DNA from: a virus
Strand: one strand, 5' to 3'
Length of the DNA: 64,000 nucleotides
Virus record (IMG/VR): IMGVR_UViG_3300045988_107529
Coordinates: 16,779 to 80,778 of that record
Shown: one piece after another, positions 24,370-32,645 of the stretch
How positions within the stretch are numbered: the stretch's first letter is position 1
How the letters are laid out: every line of letters begins with the position of its first letter
Translations under genes and position numbers: made by a program
Notes under the pieces: generated by a model
Database searches by the model: none
Seen by the model: only the letters and a program-made list of their open reading frames with translations
Told to the model about the DNA's origin: nothing

Positions 24370-24534
24370 ACCAAATTTCGATTATTTAAGGAGTTTTAGA
24401 GAAATCTAAGGCTTCTTTTTTAATACCCAAAATCAAATAAATTGCAACAGCCCGTGAGCGTAAATCGGGTACAGATCATGTGCGGAGCGAACCGTGTTGA
24501 AAAAGCGTATTGGACTGGAAGAAAGGAGATTTCA

Positions 24535-25182
24535 ATGACAAGAGAACAGGCAAAACAGGCACTTATCGGTATGGGAGTTGCAGAACCTTCCGAGGAACAG
24601 GTTTCTAAGCTTCTTGATTCTATTTCTGCTGAAACTAAGAAAGAGAAAGACAAAAATGTTTCTCTGAAGGAAAAAGCTGAAAAAGCAGATTCCCTGGAAA
24701 AAGAGTTGGAAGAGTTGAAAAAGCAGAACATGACCGAAGCAGAACGGCTAGAAGCTGAACGCAAGAAAGAAAAGGAAGCAGTGGATAAGGAGTTAGCTGA
24801 TTTGAAAGCTGCGCTTGCAGAATCCAACAAAAAAGCCCTTACCAGTGAAATTACTTCTATGTTCGCAAATGCAGGGCTTTCAACCGAAACATACGCGAGT
24901 GCTATTAAAGCATACGCATCTGCACCGTATGAGAAACCAGAAGATGCAATGAAAGAAGTCGAAACTTTTGTTAAGGGAGTTTCCGAAGCAAATAAAACAG
25001 CACTTGATACCGCAAAAGCAGCTTGGGAGAAGGAAGCATTGGAAAACACTCCGAATCCGGGCGGCGGTAGTGGCAGCAAAGCTACAGTAAAAAGCGATGC
25101 TGCTGAATTTGCAAAAGCTTACTCAGCAAAAATGAACCAGGAAACTAAATCAGCGGACGATAACGCCCCTGTAAATATTTAA
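24535..25182 (+). CDS. capsid scaffolding protein
   Basis: Charged coiled-coil protein rich in K/E/A (KKEKDKNVSLKEKAEKADSLEKELEELKKQN...) between portal and capsid. AAAGGAGA RBS at MTREQAK. Confidence 0.65.
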   Translation: MTREQAKQALIGMGVAEPSEEQVSKLLDSISAETKKEKDKNVSLKEKAEKADSLEKELEELKKQNMTEAERLEAERKKEKEAVDKELADLKAALAESNKKALTSEITSMFANAGLSTETYASAIKAYASAPYEKPEDAMKEVETFVKGVSEANKTALDTAKAAWEKEALENTPNPGGGSGSKATVKSDAAEFAKAYSAKMNQETKSADDNAPVNI

Positions 25183-25199
25183 GTAAAGGAGATATAAAA

Positions 25200-25544
25200 A
25201 TGGCTTTTATGAAAACAGAGCAGTATGAGTCCACTCCAAATATTCTCGAATCCGAGGTTGGACTTGTACTTAAAACCTACACAGCAGACCAGACAAATGC
25301 TGAAACAGTTGGAACTAAGAAAATTATCAAAGCAGGTTCCGTATATCCAACAAATGCGACAGGTGCAATCGGCATTGTATTTGAAGATGTTGATATGACA
25401 GATGATACCAAGAGACCAATTTCCGTGATTGTCGCAGGACGTGTTCTCGAAAAGAGACTTCCAGTAACAGTTGACACTACTGCAAAAACAGAGCTTGAAA
25501 AAGCAGGAATTGTTTTTGTAGTCACAGAAGACCCAGTATTTTAA
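25200..25544 (+). CDS. head decoration protein (lambda D-position, DUF2190-like)
   Basis: 114 aa between scaffold and capsid. The GIVFEDVDMTDDTKRPISVIVAGRV pattern fits. The call rests on position and memory. Confidence 0.45.
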   Translation: MAFMKTEQYESTPNILESEVGLVLKTYTADQTNAETVGTKKIIKAGSVYPTNATGAIGIVFEDVDMTDDTKRPISVIVAGRVLEKRLPVTVDTTAKTELEKAGIVFVVTEDPVF

Positions 25545-25557
25545 GGAGGTATGACAA

Positions 25558-26595
25558 ATGCCATTTAATGTATTAGAAACAATCACAGAGGAAGAGAGAC
25601 TTAATTTCTCCCAGAGTTTTGATGTAAAAAGACCTGGCATCCTCGGCACCATTTTCCCGGATACAAAGACCCAGTATCTGAAAGCAGAGTATTACAGACT
25701 TATGGCTGGACAGCGACTGCCAGAGGTAGCTTTTGTCCATGCACTTGATACCGAAGCAGAAATCGGTTCCAGACCTGGTTTCGAAAAGGTACTGACCGAG
25801 AAACTTTTCATCAAGAGAAAAATCAATCAGTCTGAGCGATTACAGCAAGCAATCGAAAATGGTGTTCCAGATGACAATAATCTCAAAAAATTTGTATTTG
25901 ACGATGCGGCCAATCTTTTCGAGGGTGTAGTCGCAAGGGCGAATGTAATGAAAGGCCAGTTCCTTTCCACTGGTATTGTAAAAATTAAGGAAAATCATGT
26001 GGATATGAGCATTGATTACGGCGTTACATCTGATGCAAAAGTAACACTTACAGATTGGTCTAAGCCAGACGCAGATATCATGGGCGATATCTCAAAAATG
26101 GTAGCCATTGCAGAAGATAACGGATATGTGATAAACAAAGCTCTTAGTTCTCTCAAGATGATTAATTACATGCGGAACAATACTGCAATGCAGACCGCAG
26201 TTCTTGGATCTGCAAACAAACGTCTTCTGACAAAACAGGAGCTTACAAATCTGCTTATGCAGGAGTACGGATTCACAATTGATCGTTGTGATGAAAAATA
26301 TCGTTACAGAAAAGCAGACGGAACTCTGAAAACAGGAAGATACTTCAAAGAAGATGTGTTTACTCTGTATGAAGCAAATGCGAATGGCTCATTTGGCTCT
26401 GGCCTTTGGGGTGTAACACCGGAAGAGCTTGAATACAGACAGTTCATTCAGGAAGAGAACCGTTCTTTCGTAACCCTTTCCATGTGGGCTACACAGGATC
26501 CAGTTGCAGTATGGACAAAAGCATCCGGTATGTTCGTCCCGGTTGTACCCAAAGCCAACGGCGGTATCGTGATCGGTACCAAGGCGGGGGAATAA
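25558..26595 (+). CDS. major capsid protein (lambda E-like family)
   Basis: 345 aa with a strong RBS in a scaffold-D-E gene order. The C-terminal WATQDPVAVWTKASGMFVPV is typical of E-type capsids as recalled. Confidence 0.75.
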   Translation: MPFNVLETITEEERLNFSQSFDVKRPGILGTIFPDTKTQYLKAEYYRLMAGQRLPEVAFVHALDTEAEIGSRPGFEKVLTEKLFIKRKINQSERLQQAIENGVPDDNNLKKFVFDDAANLFEGVVARANVMKGQFLSTGIVKIKENHVDMSIDYGVTSDAKVTLTDWSKPDADIMGDISKMVAIAEDNGYVINKALSSLKMINYMRNNTAMQTAVLGSANKRLLTKQELTNLLMQEYGFTIDRCDEKYRYRKADGTLKTGRYFKEDVFTLYEANANGSFGSGLWGVTPEELEYRQFIQEENRSFVTLSMWATQDPVAVWTKASGMFVPVVPKANGGIVIGTKAGE

Positions 26596-26795
26596 CCGGG
26601 CATAGTCTCGATGAAAACAGCCAGTCACCATCTGTAGCAAGTGATTATGATGAATCAAAACATAAGCATACAGAAAGCGAGTTGTCTAATATGACTGTAT
26701 CTCAGTTAAGACAACTTGCAAGTGATAACGGCTATGCCCTGGCAGCAACTAATAAGGCTGGAATAATATCAGAGATTTTATCTCAGCAAAGGTAG
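26586..26795 (+). CDS. possible -1 frameshift extension of the capsid protein, ending in an HeH/Rho-N-like domain
   Basis: A GGGGG run (26586-26590) lies 3 nt before the capsid stop. The -1 frame stays open for 69 codons and ends in MTVSQLRQLASDNGYALAATNKAGIISEILSQQR. The only in-frame ATG (26690) would give just 35 aa. Confidence 0.35.
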   Translation, partial: GGITGHSLDENSQSPSVASDYDESKHKHTESELSNMTVSQLRQLASDNGYALAATNKAGIISEILSQQR

Positions 26796-26803
26796 GTGAT
26801 TAA

Positions 26804-27124
26804 ATGGACGAACAGCTTATAGAGGACTTGACAAATTATCTTGAAGATGATGAAGAAACTGCGAGGATGATTCCTCTTTCGGCAAAGAGGGCTATTCGTT
26901 CATTTAAGAAGAAAAGGAATTATCCTTCATCTTACAGCGATGAGAAAATAAATTCCGATATGGAAAATTGCTATGATTGCATATTTGATTTGGCTCTTTT
27001 CTTTCTGGTGAAACAAGGAGCTGAATTCCAAGGATCACATTCTGAATCTTCTGTAAACAGAAATTGGAATTCCGAAACTGAAATCTATGTAAATCATGGC
27101 GTTTTTCCATATATCGGATTCTAA
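26804..27124 (+). CDS. head-tail connector (gp6-like) protein
   Basis: 106 aa directly after the capsid, with an acidic N-terminus LIEDLTNYLEDDEETARMIPLSAKRAI. Confidence 0.4.
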   Translation: MDEQLIEDLTNYLEDDEETARMIPLSAKRAIRSFKKKRNYPSSYSDEKINSDMENCYDCIFDLALFFLVKQGAEFQGSHSESSVNRNWNSETEIYVNHGVFPYIGF

Positions 27125-27232
27125 GATGGTGTGTGCGTGATGCGTCAATCCTCCCACGTATCGCAGGGGTGCTTCAAATTAGGTGGGTAGAAGCAATATC
27201 TTAAAAAATGGGAGTGATGGAAAGGAATAGCG

Positions 27233-27544
27233 ATGGGATGTGAGCACGAGTGTATTAACGAACACCGCTTGAAAGAATTGGAAAGCGCCGTCCATGAGAT
27301 GAAAGAAAAGCATTCCAAAAGGGATGGAGTTTTTTTCGATCGTATCAATGCGCTGGAACAGAAAATTGCTTTATACAACAATGACTTGGGACACATTAAG
27401 GATACAGTTGACGAAATGAACGACAATTTAAAATCACTCATGGAAAAGCCAGGAAAGTTACAGGACAAAATAATTGCTTATGTCATAACTGGCATAATTG
27501 GTATTGTTTTAGGCTTTGCCCTAAAAGGCATTTTCCCGGTGTAA
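27233..27544 (+). CDS. XhlA-like coiled-coil protein with C-terminal TM helix
   Basis: CEHECINEHRLKELESAVHEMKEKH..., coiled coil, then IIAYVITGIIGIVLGFALKGIF. The architecture matches XhlA of PBSX-type lysis modules. Confidence 0.45.
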   Translation: MGCEHECINEHRLKELESAVHEMKEKHSKRDGVFFDRINALEQKIALYNNDLGHIKDTVDEMNDNLKSLMEKPGKLQDKIIAYVITGIIGIVLGFALKGIFPV

Positions 27545-27575
27545 ATATTGATTCCACTACAGGGAGGACAGTGGA

Positions 27576-27815
27576 ATGGATGATTATAAAGACTTTTCGG
27601 AAGATGAAAGAATCTTCTATTTGCGTGAAGCTGGATTTGATTCCAGAGAAAAGGAGTTATTCCGATTGCGTGTTTATGAAGAAAAAACGCTTGCAGAAGC
27701 TTCAGAAATCATGGGCTACAGCACGAGAACCGTAGACCGCATAAACAGAAAATTAAAGAAGAAAATTATGAAAGTTGCCCCGATGTATTGTCGGGGCTTT
27801 TCTTTGTATTCATAA
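27576..27815 (+). CDS. small sigma-70 region-4 / LuxR-type HTH protein
   Basis: REKELFRLRVYEEKTLAEASEIMGYSTRTVDRINRKLKKKI. Confidence 0.55.
   Translation: MDDYKDFSEDERIFYLREAGFDSREKELFRLRVYEEKTLAEASEIMGYSTRTVDRINRKLKKKIMKVAPMYCRGFSLYS
27777..27806 (+). terminator. intrinsic terminator
   Basis: GCCCCGA-tgtattg-TCGGGGC followed by TTTTCTTT. Confidence 0.65.
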
Positions 27816-27819
27816 AATG

Positions 27820-27875
27820 TGGCGTATTTATGGCGTTATCATGGCGTGTTAATCAACCTCTTATTATTGTAAAAT
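27820..27875 (+). promoter_or_regulatory. three 11-bp-phased TGGCGT repeats plus extended -10
   Basis: TGGCGT at 27820, 27831 and 27842, then TGTAAAAT (27868-27875). There is no recognisable -35. Confidence 0.55.
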
Positions 27876-27905
27876 ATAGTTATAAAAACAAGGGAGGTTT
27901 GAGAT

Positions 27906-28403
27906 ATGCAGTATGGTAATCCGTATTTTGCGCAACCATTTCAACAAATACAGCCGTATCAAGATAGATTAGCACAATTGCAGAATAGTTATCAGCAGGC
28001 AATGCCATACGGACAGGCACAGATTCAGCAACCAATACAACAAATGCCACAAGTACCACAAATCCCCATGTTGCAAGGACAGATGGTTGATGGCATTGAT
28101 ACTGTAAAGGCAAAAGATGTAGATATGTCCGGTAATCCTGTTTATTATCCAAAAACAGATGGAACAGAAATATATAGAAAACAATTACAGGCAGATGGAA
28201 GAAGTAGAATTTTTGTTTATCGACTTATAAATCCGGAAGAACAACAGCAACCAAAGGCAGAAGAAAAACCGATTGACATAGAAGCTATGTTTAATCAGCT
28301 TCGGAACGATGTTTGTTCTGAGATTTCCGAAATAAAGAGTATGTTCCCGACATTTATATCGGGAACACCGGAGCCCAAGCAGAATGGAGGTAAACAGAGA
28401 TGA
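27906..28403 (+). CDS. Q/P-rich low-complexity protein
   Basis: MQYGNPYFAQPFQQIQPYQDRLAQLQNSYQQAMPYGQAQIQQPIQQMPQVPQIPMLQGQ..., with AGGGAGG RBS. Confidence 0.55.
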   Translation: MQYGNPYFAQPFQQIQPYQDRLAQLQNSYQQAMPYGQAQIQQPIQQMPQVPQIPMLQGQMVDGIDTVKAKDVDMSGNPVYYPKTDGTEIYRKQLQADGRSRIFVYRLINPEEQQQPKAEEKPIDIEAMFNQLRNDVCSEISEIKSMFPTFISGTPEPKQNGGKQR

Positions 28404-28639
28404 TGAATCCAATGCAACTTATGCAGATGATACGTGGTGGAGGGAATCCTCAACAAGCCATAATCAATATGATGAAACAACAGTCTGGAAATAATCCTGT
28501 AATTGACAATGCAATTAACATGATGGAAAAAGGTGATAATGCAGGAATTGAAAAACTTGCAAGAAATCTTTGTAAAGAAAGAAATATTAATCCAGACGAT
28601 ATACTGTCGCAGGTTAAGAACCAGTTTGGAATAAAATAA
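28400..28639 (+). CDS. M/Q/N-rich small protein
   Basis: MMNPMQLMQMIRGGGNPQQAIINMMKQQSGNN..., coupled to the upstream gene. Confidence 0.5.
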   Translation: MMNPMQLMQMIRGGGNPQQAIINMMKQQSGNNPVIDNAINMMEKGDNAGIEKLARNLCKERNINPDDILSQVKNQFGIK

Positions 28640-28716
28640 ATTCGCTACAATAATTAAAAGAGCCGCGGTCTTTTGATTTTGTATAAATTACAAAAATCAA
28701 TAAGGAGGTAATCGCT

Positions 28717-29517
28717 ATGATGAATGGTGGATTATCAGCAAGCGATGTCGCTGTATTAAGCGGCTCTAATAACCGTGCAGATGAAGGCTATGGCTTTGGC
28801 GGTGGCTGGGCATGGTGGATTATAATATTGCTTATCTTTGGCTGGGGCGGTTTCGGCGGCTTTGGCGGCTGGGGTGGCAATGGTGGAAACGGTACAAATG
28901 GTGCAGGTTTCCAAGGATGGGCTACCCGTTCAGATATTAATGAGGAATTCGCCCTTAATGATATTCAGAATGGTATCAGAGGTATTCAGCAGGGTATCTG
29001 TGACAGCACATATTCTCTTAACAATACCATGCAGAGTGGCTTTAATGGTATGAATGTCGGAATGCTTCAAGGCTTCAACGGCGTTCAGCAGGCAATCAAT
29101 GCTGATACTGTAGCCGGTATGCAGAATACCAACGCATTACAGTCTCAGTTAGCAAACTGTTGCTGTGAAACAAGAGAAGCAATCCAAGGTATCAACTACA
29201 ACCTTGCTACCAACACTTGTGCTCTCCAGAACACAATGAATAACAACACCAGAGACCTTCTGGAAAACCAGAACAGCAACACAAGAGCAATCCTTGACTT
29301 CCTGACTAACGATAAGATTGCAACATTACAGGCAGAGAACTCTGATCTGAAACGTGCTGCATCCCAGGATCGCCAGTCTGCATTGCTTACAACAGAGATG
29401 TACGCACAGGCTCAGAGATTAATCAATGCAATCAACCCGGCTCCGATTCCTGCATTCCAGGTTCCAGCTCCATATGCATACGCAGGATGTAATACATATG
29501 GTAACGGTTGTTGCTAA
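28717..29517 (+). CDS. G/W-rich membrane-anchored, Q/N-rich, Cys-tailed protein
   Basis: GYGFGGGWAWWIIILLIFGWGGFGGFGGWGGNGGNG (YjcZ-like N-terminus), a long N/Q/M-rich region, CCCE, and the C-terminus AGCNTYGNGCC. Confidence 0.55.
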   Translation: MMNGGLSASDVAVLSGSNNRADEGYGFGGGWAWWIIILLIFGWGGFGGFGGWGGNGGNGTNGAGFQGWATRSDINEEFALNDIQNGIRGIQQGICDSTYSLNNTMQSGFNGMNVGMLQGFNGVQQAINADTVAGMQNTNALQSQLANCCCETREAIQGINYNLATNTCALQNTMNNNTRDLLENQNSNTRAILDFLTNDKIATLQAENSDLKRAASQDRQSALLTTEMYAQAQRLINAINPAPIPAFQVPAPYAYAGCNTYGNGCC

Positions 29518-29548
29518 GTAACTCACCCTTAGAGGTTGACTAAATTCT

Positions 29549-29579
29549 AAGAGGTGGGTTGCGGCTCACCTCTTATTTT
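29549..29579 (+). terminator. intrinsic terminator
   Basis: AAGAGGTG-ggttgcggct-CACCTCTT followed by ATTTT. Confidence 0.6.
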
Positions 29580-29596
29580 GATTGAGAGGTAGAAAT

Positions 29597-30022
29597 ATGA
29601 GTTGTAAAAATGTTTGTAAGCTCTGCAACCGTCTTGTAATAAGCCAAGCTGTTGCGTTTACAGGAGGTAATCTTGTAATCACGCTCCCAGAAGGCAGTTA
29701 CAACAATGGAGAGAAATATTGTATTGTTGTTGCACAAAGTATACCAGAAGCCACTACAATTACTGCTCCGGTAATGATTCAGATAGGAACAGGAACAACT
29801 TTGTATCCGCTAGAAAATCGTTGCTGTGCACAGATTACGGCTTGTGGAATAAGAACCAGAACGAAGTACGCAACCAGAGTAGCTACAAGTGCAACTGGCG
29901 GAGTATTCAAGATGTTAGGAAATCCGGCTTGTAGTCCGAGCAACAACTTGAAAGCAATTAATGGTACAGCCCCAACGACAGAAGCACCTGTTACGCAGGC
30001 TGTTAGAAAGGGGGCACTGTAA
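29597..30022 (+). CDS. Cys-containing hypothetical protein
   Basis: MSCKNVCKLCNRLVISQAV...RCCAQITACG...ACSPS, with GAGAGGT RBS. Confidence 0.5.
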   Translation: MSCKNVCKLCNRLVISQAVAFTGGNLVITLPEGSYNNGEKYCIVVAQSIPEATTITAPVMIQIGTGTTLYPLENRCCAQITACGIRTRTKYATRVATSATGGVFKMLGNPACSPSNNLKAINGTAPTTEAPVTQAVRKGAL

Positions 30023-30654
30023 TGCATAAAGTTGCAATGGAAATGGGAAAATGGGCTATGGAAAAAGCCAAAACACATGGCTTTGATAATCTTAGTGCTC
30101 AAGACTGGGACGATTTGAAAGACTGCATGGAAGCAGTAAAATGTGCGATTTGCGCTGATAAAGATTATCGTATTGTGGAAGCTATGGATGAATGCGAACA
30201 GGAAGAAAAGTATCTTGGACGCATGGGATATGACCGTTACCGCTATTCAAATGGGCGTTTCGCTCCAAAAGGTAGGGGAACCAGAAAAGGCTATAGACCG
30301 TATCTGTATATGCAGGATGATGACTGGATGGATGAGTATTTAAACAATCCAGAATTTGAGCGCAATATGTACCGCATGGGATATCATCCAGATCGTAGTG
30401 ATATGGAAAATGATGGTATGAATATGAATTGGAAGAAGTCCAGATACGGAGAATCTTATGATAAATACGATGAGAATCGTAGGCACTATCATGATTCCAA
30501 AGACACGGAATCTAAAAGAAAAATGGATGATTCCATGAAGGAGTACACATCTGATATTATCCGTAATCTCACGGAAATGTGGTCTGATGCAGATGCAACG
30601 CTCAGACAGTCAATGAAAACTGACCTGACCAGACTTGTACAGCAGATGAACTAG
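30022..30654 (+). CDS. charged D/E/R/Y/M-rich hypothetical protein
   Basis: 210 aa with GRMGYDRYRYSNGRFAPKGRGTRKGYRPYLYMQDDDWMDEY. Confidence 0.5.
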   Translation: MHKVAMEMGKWAMEKAKTHGFDNLSAQDWDDLKDCMEAVKCAICADKDYRIVEAMDECEQEEKYLGRMGYDRYRYSNGRFAPKGRGTRKGYRPYLYMQDDDWMDEYLNNPEFERNMYRMGYHPDRSDMENDGMNMNWKKSRYGESYDKYDENRRHYHDSKDTESKRKMDDSMKEYTSDIIRNLTEMWSDADATLRQSMKTDLTRLVQQMN

Positions 30655-30670
30655 AGCAATAAATGAATTA

Positions 30671-30706
30671 AGCCCTTGTCGCAAATTAATGCGGCAGGGG
30701 CTTTTT
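30671..30706 (+). terminator. intrinsic terminator
   Basis: GCCCTTGTCGC...GCGGCAGGGGC followed by TTTTT. Confidence 0.6.
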
Positions 30707-30729
30707 CGTAGAAAGGATGGTGATAAACC

Positions 30730-31113
30730 ATGCTACGACAATTCTACATGAATGGAGATATATGGAGAGTGCAGTTTGTTCCATCACAAGATGATGTTTT
30801 AATTGACCGCACAGGAAACAGAACACTTGGAGTATCGGATTATTCCACCCATATTATTTCGATTGCGAACAACCTACATGGAGAACTTTTGAACCGTGTA
30901 TTTATCCATGAATTAGGACATTGCGTAATGTTCAGCTATGGTTTACTGTCAGAGCTTCACCGTATGGTTAAGAAACGATATTGGGTGGATGCAGAGGAAT
31001 GGTGTTGCAATTTCATCTCAGATTATTCTGGAATAATCATAGTTACATCAAAAGATATTTTGGGAAATAGTTTTTCCCTAGTCATGCCACGAACTTTTGA
31101 ATTAATTGCATGA
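30730..31113 (+). CDS. HExxH zinc metallopeptidase (ImmA/IrrE-like size and motif)
   Basis: VFIHELGHCVMFSYG, 127 aa. Confidence 0.5.
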   Translation: MLRQFYMNGDIWRVQFVPSQDDVLIDRTGNRTLGVSDYSTHIISIANNLHGELLNRVFIHELGHCVMFSYGLLSELHRMVKKRYWVDAEEWCCNFISDYSGIIIVTSKDILGNSFSLVMPRTFELIA

Positions 31114-31317
31114 TTTTTCCTTGAATACAATCTGATATCCAATAATATCCAGAATTTCCTCTACTTCATTATAAGTAAAAGTTTCCTTCCTGAAACGATT
31201 ACTAAAATTTTGAAAAGACAAATTTGTTCCATGTCTGCGGTTTAATTCGTTATTGACTTGACTCATAGTAAACCCTTGTGCAACTATAAGCCCCTTTAAT
31301 TTATATTTAAAGCTCAT
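31102..31317 (-). CDS. XRE-family HTH protein
   Basis: LKGLIVAQGFTMSQVNNELNRRHGTNLSFQNFSNRF...EVEEILDIIGY. It converges on and overlaps the peptidase gene by 12 nt. Confidence 0.6.
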   Translation of the reverse strand: MSFKYKLKGLIVAQGFTMSQVNNELNRRHGTNLSFQNFSNRFRKETFTYNEVEEILDIIGYQIVFKEKSCN

Positions 31318-31387
31318 TGTTTAATGCTCCTTTATTTATAAATAAATTATATCATTTTAATCGTAAACTGTAAAGTTTAAATATATG

Positions 31388-31416
31388 TTGAAAAATATAA
31401 CAAATAAATGTATAAT
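31388..31416 (+). promoter_or_regulatory. consensus-like promoter
   Basis: TTGAAA-17 nt-TATAAT. Confidence 0.6.
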
Positions 31417-31460
31417 TAAATTATAAGATTTAATTCATGTGATTAACGGAGGCAATGAAA

Positions 31461-32288
31461 ATGAATTTAGAAGGGCAACGTTTTGGTAAACTTGTTGTTA
31501 TAAAAAAGGGAGAAACGCGTGTAACTAAAGGCGGGTGCAAGACAAGAACTTGGATATGCCGGTGCGATTGCGGAAGAGAGTTAATCATTCCCACAGGACA
31601 TTTGAGATCAGGAAATACAAAAAGTTGTGGATGTTTGAGAGGAATAGATATTACAGGACAAAAATTTGGAAAGCTTACGGCAATAAAGAGAACTAAAAAA
31701 AGGGACAAAACTGGAAATATATATTGGTATTGCGAATGCGAATGCGGAGGAAATATCATAACGCAAGGCAGAAATCTTAGAAAAGGACTTGTTTCTTCTT
31801 GCGGTTGCGTTCAAAAAGAAAATGCAAGAAAAATGAATTTTAAACATGGCATGTCGAGGGGAAGAATATATGAAATTTTATGTGCTATGAAATCGAGATG
31901 CTATTGTAAAAATGACGAGAATTATAAAAGATACGGAGAAAGAGGAATTGAAATATGTGATGAATGGAGAAATGAAAATGGATTTAAAAATTTTTACGAA
32001 TGGTCAATAGCAAATGGGTATCAGAATAATTTAACTATTGATAGAATAGATGTAGACGGTAATTATTGCCCAGAAAATTGCCGATGGGTAACACAGAAAC
32101 AGCAAATGCAAAACACAAGGAGAAACAGATACATAAATTATGAAGGAAAAATATATTCTATTTCAGAGCTTTCTGAGAAACTAAATCTGACTTATATGCA
32201 AACATGGCACAAATTTAGAAATGTAAGTTTTGGAATGGATGAATTAAGTGAGAAAGAAAGAAGAAATCATGCAAAAGATAATAAATAA
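31461..32288 (+). CDS. HNH-type homing endonuclease with repeated Zn-knuckle modules
   Basis: Two GQ(R/K)FGKL...W.C.C(D/E)CG modules, then LTIDRIDVDGNYCPENCRWVTQKQQMQN, an HNH_3-like motif. Confidence 0.65.
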   Translation: MNLEGQRFGKLVVIKKGETRVTKGGCKTRTWICRCDCGRELIIPTGHLRSGNTKSCGCLRGIDITGQKFGKLTAIKRTKKRDKTGNIYWYCECECGGNIITQGRNLRKGLVSSCGCVQKENARKMNFKHGMSRGRIYEILCAMKSRCYCKNDENYKRYGERGIEICDEWRNENGFKNFYEWSIANGYQNNLTIDRIDVDGNYCPENCRWVTQKQQMQNTRRNRYINYEGKIYSISELSEKLNLTYMQTWHKFRNVSFGMDELSEKERRNHAKDNK

Positions 32289-32324
32289 ATATGTAGCCCC
32301 TGTTGGAGCAGAAAGGATGATTGC

Positions 32325-32642
32325 ATGAGAGTATTAAGATTTATTGTAAATAATCAAAGAATTTATCCAGATCCCAAGTGTGATTTCTCTGGGCTGGTAA
32401 AGGGCACGACTGGATATCTTAAAGCATTGTTTATCTTTTCTCAAGAGTGGAACGGATGTAAAATAGCTGCTTCATTTTGGAGAATGGAAAAAGAATACCC
32501 AGTAATACTAAAAAACAATCAATGTGAAATTCCGAAGGAAGCCTTAACTTGGGATTATTTTTCTGTATCTGCGACTGGCGTAAAAGATAACGGAAAATAC
32601 ATTATAACTACTGGTAAAACTAAAGTATCACAGAGGGGGTAG
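32325..32642 (+). CDS. BppU-N-like small structural protein
   Basis: 105 aa. YLKALFIFSQEWNGCKIAASFW...YFSVSATG resembles DUF2479/BppU N-domain strands. Confidence 0.35.
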   Translation: MRVLRFIVNNQRIYPDPKCDFSGLVKGTTGYLKALFIFSQEWNGCKIAASFWRMEKEYPVILKNNQCEIPKEALTWDYFSVSATGVKDNGKYIITTGKTKVSQRG

Positions 32643-32645
32643 AAC

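Noticed and set aside
24420-25079. 219-aa minus-strand ORF opposite the scaffold gene.
   Set aside because: It is the mirror image of the K/E/A-rich scaffold coding strand (an S/F/A-rich translation). It has no RBS and lies within a plus-strand-only operon.
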